The notes under the pieces: generated by a model
Databases searched by the model: none
Seen by the model: the letters and a program-made list of their open reading frames with translations, nothing else
Told to the model about the DNA's origin: nothing
Shown here: positions 1 to 9,879 of the stretch, piece after piece
Layout of the letters: every line of letters begins with the position of its first letter
How positions within the stretch are numbered: position 1 is the first letter of the stretch
Source of the DNA: Klebsormidium nitens
Taxonomy: Eukaryota; Plantae; Klebsormidiophyceae
Length of the DNA: 58,900 nucleotides
Reading direction: 5' to 3'
Assembly: GCA_000708835.1 (NCBI GenBank)
Contig: DF237496.1
Location: 1 to 58,900, forward strand
Translations under genes and position numbers: made by a program

Positions 1-98
1 TGTACTATGTACTTTACACTCTCCTCACGCGGATTTGGAACATACAAGTTCTCGAGAGACCCTTTTTGAGCAAGTATCCCGCGTCTCCTCTGCTATAG

Positions 99-585
99 GC
101 GATTGCTACGGTGGGTACGCCAAGATGGCCACCCTTTCAGTGTTTCAATCTGCCTCCTTTCACAATTTAGATCGAAGCCTCTTCGATCTTCCAACAAGAA
201 CGAACTCAACTTGAAACGACCTCCAACCAAAGATAAATCATTCTTGTGCTGCAGGCGAGTGTGCGGCGGGTACGCCAAGATGGCTACCCTTTTAGTGGTC
301 CAGTCTGCCTCCCTTTACAATCTCGAAGCGTCTTCGAACTTCCAAAAATAATGATCTCAACTTGAAACGACCTCGTTAATTAAACGTCATCATCTTTTGC
401 TGCAGGCGACTGCTGCGGCGGGTACGCAAAGATGGCCAGACCCTTTCAGCGTCCCAATCTGCCCCCTTTCACAATTTTGAAGCGTCTTCAATCTTCCAAG
501 AAGAACGATCTCAACTTGAAACAAACCTCGTTCATCGTTCTTTTGCTGCAGGCGACTGCTACGGCGGGTACGCCAAGATGGCGAC
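99..585 (+). repeat. Tandem array (4 copies, 146-156 bp period) of 3' splice site + first ~34 nt of the exon at 552
   Basis: YAG|GCGA(C/T/G)TG..GGGTACGC(C/A)AAGATGGC..ACC starts at 99, 255, 406 and 552. Only the last copy continues into the coding exon. Confidence 0.92.
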
Positions 586-3500
586 CATCATCGACCAGGA
601 GCGCGCCAAGGACCTGCCAGTGATAGTCGTCAACGCGGGAGACGAGTTCACGGGCACGCTCTGGAGTCTGACCTACGCCGGCAAGGAGTCGTCCACCTTC
701 CTAAACCTGCTCGGCTTTGACGTCATGGTGAGGCGCCCGGCGGCCGCGCTGACGTCGTGCTATCGACGCCCCTGTTATGAAAGCCGTGCTCCGCTGTCCT
801 GACCTGGCTGCGGTCTTTAGAGCCTCGAGCAACGTTCTCGAGGCCTCTCCGTCCGTAATCCGGATTCTCGGTTCATCTTATCCTCTCTGTTGACCAGATT
901 GGGTTAGCAGAAAACGGGTTTGACAAGCGTTTCGTAACCTCGTTGCTCTCGTACCCTTTCTTCCCTTCTTCCCCTGTCGGTAAGCTCATTATCCAAATTC
1001 TCCTCTCTGCACGGTTCCTCGCGTCCCTCACTTGCCTGTCTCCTATAGGGATAAACCTTAATAGTAATGTCAACGTCAGGTACAGGGGTACCGGTGGGGT
1101 TACGTTGGTGGTTAAAGTGGGTTCGGGTGCGGAGCAAGTCATATTGTCCTTAGTGTTCTTGTGTCGGATGAAGCGAGGAATCCAGTACTTTCAGTACATT
1201 AAGATCCTTATTACGATTAAAGTTTATGGTTATCTGTCTCCTCCAGACGTTCGGCGACCACGAGTTTGACAAGGGCCCCCAGGTTCTGGCCGACTACATC
1301 TCGCAGCTCAACTTCCCAATCGTCGGAACCAACACCGTGCCCAACCCCTCGTCGCCCATCTTCAACAAATTCTCCAAGTCCGCCGTGAGTCGTTCCTCCT
1401 GCCGCTTACTTCTTGTAGACCAGAATCAACAATATGTAAGATTGCATACACTGGGTAGGCACATAGTCGATCTCTCTGTTGTTGACAACTTCCAATTAGA
1501 ATCTACTCGAGTTGGTTGTAACTCAGTGGTACGCTGATGACGTCATCCAAGGATTCATTGGAATTGCTGGCCAGCACGTTCGAGACAGCAGCGAAAGATA
1601 GCAAGAGGCGAGAGAGGTATGCTTTTGATGAATCCACGTCACAAAAACAGAAGACTATCGAAATCTGCTTTTGGATCATACGAAGCGCTGCCGAGGTCAG
1701 TAGGTCGAGAGCTCTCGTGTCCGCAACGGTCTGGCATACTAGATACGTTAGCGCCCTAGGATACGAATTCCCAAGTCAGGAAAGTATGAGTACGACCGTC
1801 TTCCACCATTCTCCAGCTATATCATGTCTTTCCAGAAGGATGGGATACTTTTCGTTCCTTGAGTTTAGACGGTTAAGCAGCGCCTGAACCCGGGTTGTTC
1901 TGCTTCCCCAGATCATCAGCGTGAAGAACTAAATATGCCATTCCAAAAGGACGGGTTACTTTTTATCCCAGAAAGTGGGGAGTTAAGTAGCGCCTGAACC
2001 CGGGTTGTTCTGCGTCCCCATATCATCAGCGTGAAAAACTATAATATGTCATTCCAAAATGATGGGTTACTTTTTATCCCAGAAAGTGGGGAGTTAAGTA
2101 GCGCCTGAATCCGGGCTGTTCTGCGTCCCCAGATCATCAGCGTGAAGAACTATAGTATGTCATTCCAAAAGGACGGGTTACTTTTTATCCCAGAAAGTGG
2201 GGAGTTAAATAGCGCCTGAATCCGGGTTGTTCTGCTTTCCCAGATTATCAGCGTGAAGAACTATATTATGTCATTCCAAAAGGATGGGTTACTTTTTATC
2301 TCAGAAAGTGGGGAGTTAAGTAGCGCCTGAATCCGGGTTGTTCTGCTTTCCCAGATCATCAGCGTGAAGAACTATATTGTGTCAATCCAAAAGGATGGGT
2401 TACTTTGCATCCCAGAAACTGGGGAGTTAAGCAGCGCCTGAATCCGGGTTGTTCTGCGTCCCCAGATCATCAGCGTGAAGAACAAGATGGGCCAGGAGGT
2501 CGCCAAGGTGGGCATCTGCGGCTGGGTCACCCCCGACACCAAGTTCACGTCATCCCCCGGCCCCGACATCAACTTCGCTGACGTCATCCCCTCCGTCACC
2601 GCCTGCGTCGCCGGCCTGAACAACCAGGGGGTCAAGATCGTGATCGGTCTCGGCCACGGCGGGATCAACGACGATCTTGTGGTGGCTAAGTCGGTTCCAG
2701 GTAAGCATGACAGATGTAGGGATGAAGTTTCTACTGATCTTGTCTGACGTGTCCGGGGTTTGGGTGTGGAACAGTGTCCCGCTGTCAAGGTCTGTCGATC
2801 TCAGAGTAAGTTTGTAAGATGCCCCCCGATGGAAGGATAAGGATCTGCATGGTGACAGAACGGATGGAAGGAGAACGTGGACCACAGTTTGCAATCCCGG
2901 ACCCCCCACACCGATTGGTACTCTTTGCGCGACTAGACCGGTCTGGTAACGTCACCTCCGGCGAGGTTTAGCATGCCCGAAGCTGGCGACCTGCATTTTC
3001 ATCATGCAGCCAATAACTCGGCCGCGAAAATCGCACCGGCGGGTCAGACCATGAACTTCAATGAAGTAGCACGTGTCGTTCGCGCGCGCATTGAGTCCCA
3101 AGCGGTGTGGGGGTCTCGGACTGCGAACTGCAGTCCGCGTTCTCCTTCCATTCGTTCTGACAGCAATCCGCTCTGCAAAGGTGCCCTCAAAAAACAGAAT
3201 CCATTCAGCAGCTTGCTGCCGACTACTTACGTGCGAGTTTTTCCTTTCGACCATCCCACTTGGTGGGCAGCCCCGCTCAGCTGTGCGCGACTGCAAACTT
3301 CTGTGTAACCCCACTGTAGATCTCTGTTTAAACCCAATTCTGTGTAACCCACTGTAGACTTCTGTGTAACCCAATCTAATACGAAGGGTATCTATTCTGC
3401 ATGCCTGGGCCTGGTCGTCCAGCACTTCGTTATTTTGGCACCTCCCAAGCTAAACACGGGCCCCACTAGACGTTCTGTGTGAACATTCCCCCTCACTCTA

Positions 3501-6500
3501 CAACCAAATTCTAACAGGCCACCTGAGCCTGGCCATTGGCGGCAGCTGGAGTCACCCCGTTTTTGAACTCGGGCACAAGTGCTCCAGAGCTGAGCCTGAC
3601 CGACACCTTCTGTGCGTAACGCCCCCCTAATGCGGATTCTTTTCGACCCCCCCTCTCATGCTGAAACGCTTTTAAGCTTCAGCCTGATCAAAACATTTTG
3701 TGACAAATTCCCCCGAACTAGAGCAAAAGAATGCAGTTCTCCCCCTGACGCTTACTTTTTAATTTTCTTATTATTTTTCATGGTTTTTTAATCCCAGGCT
3801 TGAGCCTGATTGTCGGCGGCCACTCTCACACCTTCCTGTACTCGGGCAGGCCCCCCAAGCTGAGCGTGGCCGGAAACACCACCGACACGCCGCTGTTCCC
3901 CTACCCCATCAACGTGCAGAACGACTTCGGGACGACCGTGCCCTACGTTCAGGCATTCTGGGCAGGCAGGTGAGAAAGTCTCCAATCTAGTTGCCGGTAG
4001 CGTTATGTTGTCAGTCAGGTGAGACGGGAGCGAATAATCTGGGGATTTAGGGTCCCCCCCCTTCAAACGTCTGCCAGCTGAACCCCCCCAATCTTTCATG
4101 CCCCAGGTACATGGGCCGCTTCACGGTCACGTTCGACGCCGTGGGTCGCTTCAAGAACTTCGCCACGACGCAGCCGATCCTGCTGGGCGGGAGCGTCAGC
4201 GAGAGCAACGTTCCGGAGAAGCCGTCCGTTGCTGACCTCGTCCAGGCCCTTTCCGGACCCGTGGACGCTCTCAAGTACGTCCGCAATTTGCCCTTTTCAG
4301 ACCCTCGTTTGAAATCTTACTGGGGCCCTTCCGGCCCCAGATTCTAGCCCGGTTTCGACCGGAATCCTGTTTGAGGCAATGCGGAACGAGGCTGAGGCAA
4401 ACGGAATGTTTTTTTGACTGCAGGGTACGTGACATTTAGAATCGGTTCTTAGGTTCCTCGTGTGCTGTCGTCACCTTCACGTCGGACCCTTGCCCATAAT
4501 AACGAGCCAATTGGAAAGACAAGTCACCCTGAAAATATGTGGCTTTCGACCCGTTTGATTCACGTGCCTGTAGACTGCTAGACTAGCGCCAATATCGTCC
4601 AAAACTGAATCTTCAGCACTCCAGAGAATTGCCGTTGACATCAGCCGACAAGACGTCTGTCAACGAGGAGTCACATCACCTCTCGTGTCCTCCAATCAAG
4701 AACCCTTCACTCTACCTCATGCAAGCGTAATTACCTTCACCTTATTCTCTTCTCCAACACTTTGCCAAGTCCACCTCTGTCCGCTTCTAAGATGGTGTTA
4801 TTCACAATCCGACCGATTTACCGGTACGGAGAGGGTTTGTCTTGATATTTCACATCCTATGCTCCTAGAACACCCAAAAGAGCATAGGACTACCACAAAC
4901 AGTTTGAGGCACGTTCGCAGACTTCTATTACCAGAAGCAGATCATTGTAAGCTAAAGATTTCTTTGTTGTCTTCCTTTTTTCCGCAGCGGGCAGATTATC
5001 GGCTCGTCGACTGTGGTCCTCAACGGCCGCCCGTACCTCCAGGACCCCGTCACTGGGCCCGGCTCCGCGGAGATCAATCTCGGCGACCTGCTGACTGACG
5101 CCATGGTCTGGAAGGTCGCCCAAAACCCCTCCTTCGAGCAGCAATTTGGCCCGAACGTGATCGCAGCCACCAACACCGGAGGAATTCGCGTGAACGTGCC
5201 GGCCGGCCAGCTTACCCGTGCCCAGGTAACTCGCAACGATCGCTTTCTCCCCTCTTTCTAGTTCGCTCCCTGGTTGAAATGTCCATGCTCTCCGAGTCTC
5301 TTCATTCGCTTTGCTTTGGTGACCTTCTGTCACCTAGACTGCATCTCTTTCCAACCGCTTTCCTCTCGCTTTGATAGCTGCTCTCCCGAGCTGGCTCTCC
5401 TCCCCGTGGCTTGAACATTCTTGTCGCTTCTCCTTCGTGCCCAACGCCTTCTCTGATGCAGCTTGTGCAGTTTTCGTATTAAGTCAGGCTGCCAGCAGTT
5501 AAGTTTTAATCCGCACAGAACACAATAGATTAGAGGCCGGCAGGTCGATCATGATTGAGCTTCTTGCCAAAACTTCCGAGTCGGCGCTCCGGCAAACGCG
5601 CTTGCACGACTTTCCCTGACCGTCACTCCTGTGCGTGACACTGACGTCACGGATCGCTTGCCCGCGCACATTCTGACGTCGCCTCGCTTCCGGATTGCGC
5701 TTCAACCCGAGCTGGCGGCGGAGTAGACGTCATCAAACTGCTCGCGCAAAGCACCCCTACACGGGCCGCTCTCTCAATCCCCTCTGCCCATGCTGACGCT
5801 CCCGCTGACGTCACTAACCGCGCTCGCGCAGATCCTGTCGGTGCTGCCCTTCGGCAACGTGTTGACCATCATCCAGATGAACGGTGCGACGCTCCGCTCC
5901 GCAATCGAGTTCTCCGTCGGCCTTTTCACACCGACCTACGTGGGCAACCAGTTCCTCCAGGTGCGGACACGTGTCCCTCTTCTTAGTCAAGATGGTATGA
6001 ACCGGTCAAGCCTGAGCTGCTAAGAGGAAGGACGTGTGGCGGCAACCAGGTTCTTGCGTCTCACAAGAGTGCGTTCTCATCTTATTGCCACAACTCATTC
6101 GTGGCCTGCTTGGCAAGATCTTGAGAGGTTCAGGCTCTTTGATAGATTCTGATCTGACACGGAGATGTGAACTGCATTTCAGTCTGCATCGTCACTTGCA
6201 GTTTACTGACTATCACCTAAACCCATGCACTGGGTCTGACCAAACTGTTGAGTCGGAGAGGTCATTATCAGCGGAACGGCAAAGTTTCCACTCAATGCCG
6301 TTCGCTGCCGGGTATTGACGATTCGAGTCGCCCAAGTCCACGGGTTTACAACGATATTCGCCGCTGATTCTCTCCCCTTCCGCCACTCCGCTGATTTCGT
6401 CCTTCCGCCCACAGGTTTCCGGCATCAAGTTCTCATTCGACCCGAGCAAGCCCGCCGGGTCCCGCCTCCTGGAGCTGGTCGCCTTCAACCCGATCGCCAA

Positions 6501-8652
6501 GTGCTTCACGCCAGTGGATGCCGCGGCGACCTACAACGTGATTTCCAACGATTTCACGGCCAATGGCGGAGACGGCTACTCCATGTTCGCCACCTCCAAG
6601 AAGCTGCTCGCCACGGGGCCCGTGCTCGCGGACGTGCTCGCGGAGTACGTGCAGAACTTCTCGCCCATCAACATCACGGTGAGCCGGCGCGCGCTTTCTC
6701 GGCGACATTCTCTTGGTGGAAAAGTTTCGACTTGTCGTCGTCATCTGTTAGTATTCTCGCGCATCAACATCACGGTGAGCCGGCGCGCGCTTTCTCGGCG
6801 ACATTCTCTTAGTGCAGAAGTTTCGACTTGTCGCCGTCATCCGTTAGTATGCTCGCGCATCAACATCACGGTGAGCCGGCGCCAGAACCAAAGAAGGCCC
6901 AAGGCCCTGTTCAAGTCGATGTTCAAGTGGCTATTCCTTCTTGAGAACAGGACGTTCAAGGACGTCGAGTTTGTTCGAGCAGAGATAGCTCCTTGTACCG
7001 ATACAGGCGCCTGGCACACGCACTTTCTAGCAGGAATGCGGCTAGAACACTCGATCGTCCGGTCCTTTCAGCCATGAAACGACCTGAACAGCGAAACTTT
7101 CAAGCAGAATGAGAACTCGAACACGCGTTACTTGAACAGGGCCCTGCTTTTCAATGCGCTTTCTCGGCGACAATCTTTTAGTGGAAAGTGTCGACTTGTC
7201 GCCGTCATCTGTTAGTATTCCTGCGCATCAACATTACGGTGAGCCGGCGCCACTATTAACGAAGGCCCTGTTCAAGTCGATGTTCAAGTGGCTATTCTTA
7301 CTTGAAAAGAGGACGTTCAAGCCTGTTCAAGGACGTCGGGTTTGGTCGAGCAGAGATGGCTCCTTGTACCGGTACAAGCGCCTGGCACACGCACTTTCTA
7401 GCAGGAACTCGGCTAGAACACTCGATAGTCCGGTCATTTCAGCCATGAAACGACCTGAACACCGAAACTTTCAAGCAGAATGAGAACTCGAACACGCGTT
7501 ACTTGATCAGGGCCCTGGTTTATAGTGCGCTTATTCTTTTAGTGGACGAGTCGACTTGTCGCCGTCATCTGTTAGTAACTCTCGCGCATCGTCATCACGG
7601 TGAGTCGGCATTTGCACGGCATGACGGATTATTTTAAGTATAATGAGAGCTAGGTATGATGAGCTCCGAACAACCACTGAAAACCTAACCCAACAATTTA
7701 CCTGCTCCCTACCCGTACCCACTCTAAACTCCCAAACTAAGCCCACCCGTCCCAGGGTGGTTAGCGTATTATAGCTGGCGCTTATGATTCCTAAATTAGG
7801 CCAACTCTTGCACGGCGGCTTTACTCTGCCTGTAAACGACCAACGTGTCCCCATCTTTCTGCTCGCGAATACGTGCAGGATAAGCTCTCGCTCTTGGACA
7901 TCACGGTAAGGGAGTTTGCGTAGATGAGTTTGGTTTCACGCAGGGTAAGCGCCGTGAAGGGTAGCAGTATATTCAAATCAGCACAAACCCCTCGGAATAT
8001 GTGCAAAAATGCTCACCGATCAGATTCACGGTAAGCGGATGGTGCACAAGAGCTTTGTCTGCATCCCAAAGGCTTACTTTCAAAAGCGGCCGTGCTTCTT
8101 TCGACGAGGTAGCTTGGTCAGATGGTTCTGGAGCTTCTCGGGTCATTACTTTGAGATCTAGCTGCCCCGAAAGCTCCGCCCGCTCAAAATTGCGTCCAGC
8201 TAAGCGCCGACTATATTTCTTCTCCTCTGATTCTCGTGCGAGAGCGAAGACGCAAGTTTGGCATGTCAAAGTGTGCCCGGGTTTAAACGACTCAAACCTT
8301 GAAAAAAGATGCAAACCCTGTGGTCTGTTTCGCTACCGTGGCAGAAGTACGCTATCCTCGACCGATCTGTCGAAACCGACTGGGCCGACTTCTGGCCCAG
8401 GGTGCCTCGCGATTCGACGGGTAAACGATGGCTTGAAACTCGCTGCTTTTGCCACAAGGGAATCTGAAAAGAGCAGGCTACGGCTAGTCACCTTGCTTTT
8501 TACTGCCAACCCTCGATATCATACTGACTAGTGTGAGACTTGTTTCGGTGCAGACGAGCAATCGCATCAACGTCATTACGGCCAACAACCCCTTCGTCTC
8601 TCAAAAGACGTGCGCGCGCAAAATGAGGCGCTCCCTGTTCGAGGCCCTCTAG
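552..8652 (+). CDS. 5'-nucleotidase/apyrase (UshA/CD73-like metallophosphoesterase + 5'-NT C-terminal domain), 5'-partial, 9 exons in window
   Basis: Exons 552-727, 1247-1384, 2466-2700, 3798-3969, 4107-4274, 4988-5225, 5832-5960, 6415-6678, 8554-8652; all GT-AG and phase-consistent. Motifs GGYAKM, NAGDEFTGTLW, GDHEFD, LGHGG, GGHSH, NTGGIR, LPFGN, FLQVSG, GGDGY, then SPINIT-TSNRI and TAG. The start lies upstream of the window. Confidence 0.93.
1045..1233. mobile_element. ~189-bp MITE-like element, copy A (9-bp TSD, Mutator-like signature)
   Basis: Direct repeat CTGTCTCCT at 1036-1044 and 1234-1242. Imperfect TIR: ATAGGGATAAACCTTAATAGTAAT versus revcomp of right end ATAACCATAAACTTTAATCGTAAT. 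Core GTGGGTTCGGGTGCGGAGC is shared with copy C. Confidence 0.72.
1819..2483 (+). repeat. Tandem array (6 copies, 110-111 bp period) of intron end + acceptor + first 18 nt of the exon at 2466
   Basis: ...GCGCCTGAAYCCGGGYTGTTCTGC.TYCCCAG|ATYATCAGCGTGAARAAC; exon-like parts start at 1912, 2022 (AG mutated to AT), 2133, 2244, 2355 and 2466. Confidence 0.96.
3298..3375. repeat. Short intronic tandem repeat (TCTGTGTAACCCA core, about 3-4 degenerate copies)
   Basis: TCTGTGTAACCC(CACTGTAGA) is seen repeatedly in 3298-3375. Confidence 0.7.
3403..3690 (+). repeat. Degenerate echoes of the acceptor/exon start at 3798
   Basis: Real junction CCCAG|GCTTGAGCCTGATTGTCGGCGGC. Similar: TGCAT|GCCTGGGCCTGGTCGTC (3403), AACAG|GCCACCTGAGCCTGGCCATTGGCGGC (3518), TCCAG|AGCTGAGCCTGACCGACACCTTCTGT (3588), TTAAG|CTTCAGCCTGATC (3677). 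Confidence 0.6.
6666..8036 (+). repeat. Array of exon end + 5' splice site copies downstream of the exon ending at 6678
   Basis: CATCAACATCACG|GTGAGCCGGCGC-like donors at 6679 (real), 6775, 6871, 7239 and 7600 (periods 96, 96, 368, 361). Older, longer echoes end in ACG|GTAAG at 7906 and 8031. Confidence 0.9.
7621..7807. mobile_element. ~187-bp MITE-like element, copy B (opposite orientation to A and C)
   Basis: Direct repeat TTGCACGGC at 7612-7620 and 7808-7816. Ends are 27/44 complementary without gaps. The revcomp of the core aligns closely with the core of copy C over ~100 bp. Confidence 0.75.
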
Positions 8653-9879
8653 AGCGGATGGCCGCGCGTGCCAGACTTTTTTGAAGGGAGATGACCTATT
8701 TGACGTGCACCAATAAATCGAAGCCGAGTAGAGCCCAAGCAATACTGTTTTGTGTCGCGAAGGCGAGTTGAGAGTTTTGGCCCGTAATTGCGGGAAGCCT
8801 AGGTCAATTCCGGTGCGACCTTAAAATCCGGTGCACCGATAGGAGGCCTTTACTTTAGATACCTTTTTGACATCAAGGTGATTTACTTCATCGTACTTCG
8901 AAATTGCGAGGTTCACTACAGTAGATGTTTCCTATTGTAGTGTGTTCAGTCCCCAAGGTCAGAGAACTCGAGGTAATCTGGCAGAAAGGCACAGCTCTAC
9001 CTCGTACTTCGTTGAGTTTCAATTGCCCCTGATCGTAAGATCAAAAGATGACTGCACAAGCGTTGATCGTAATTGCAGCTTTCAAGCTCTTCAACGGCAC
9101 TTTGAGACCACGCTTTCTCGGATTTGCTGCAAGCTACTTCTGTATCTTTCATCAGCCGGAAAATCGAGATCCCTGCGCATATCCTTTCCTTAGTCGGGAA
9201 GAATTGAGAATTGCGGTGCAGCTTCAAGTTTCTTACGCAACGGCGTCGCATGCGTTTTGGTATCCTTTGAGAATCTGACAATGATCATTGAGCCCTTATA
9301 CTTGCAATTAACCAATCATTGTGGGACCGAGTCAGCATGGGCCTGGCCGGCATGAATGAAACTTATTTGGAAACACGTGGCAGTGACAGCTGGTGCCAGG
9401 GGCCCTGAGGCCTTTATCAATGATTAGTGAATGCCATGATGGTGCCAGACTGCCGCGCTTGCAGACCACTGTCATGCAAGCTCTGATAGCTGGCGGGTTT
9501 GATGAGGGGTATGTATGATGGTCGCAACGATCCCCCCGGGAGCTATGGTACTACATATAAGATCCATTACTATCAAGCCACTACATTCCACGCATACCGC
9601 GTGCATCACTGTATGACTTAGTCAGGCTTGGCTGGCACCTCAACGCGCAGGCCGCCCGGGCGCCGATCGGCGCCTACCGTACCAATTGGCAAATTGATCA
9701 AGGCCTGTAAGGCTTCATGCAAGTCATTTACCCACAGTATTGAATTGGACATGATGTGGCATGCATGCATCTTGATTCAACTCCAGTACAACTCATCCAA
9801 AACCACGGGACGGCGGATCTTTATCGCGGCAGATCTCTGCTCCAGTCGAACGCGGTACAACGCGCTTCTGAAGAAACAA

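Noticed and set aside
2195-2460. In-frame TGA in each 37-codon unit as selenocysteine or readthrough
   Set aside because: The units are intronic, the protein is complete without them, and no SECIS-like element was recognised.
1819-2483. CRISPR-like appearance of regularly spaced repeats (also 40330-41420 and 42660-43180)
   Set aside because: Whole units including the spacers are homologous, there are no unique spacers or cas genes, and the repeats match the host gene's own splice junctions.
3989-4087. Possible fourth, shorter MITE copy (CCAATCT direct repeat, weak TIR, G-rich core)
   Set aside because: Only a 7-bp flanking match and weak similarity; removing it would leave an implausibly short intron.
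5620-5820. Cluster of TGACGTCA-like motifs resembling bZIP sites
   Set aside because: Intronic and overlapping the CTGAC branch-point consensus seen before many acceptors here; no evidence of promoter function.
8001-8531. 176-aa ORF on +
   Set aside because: Lies in the last nucleotidase intron and starts inside a donor echo; no recognisable domain or coding-like codon bias.
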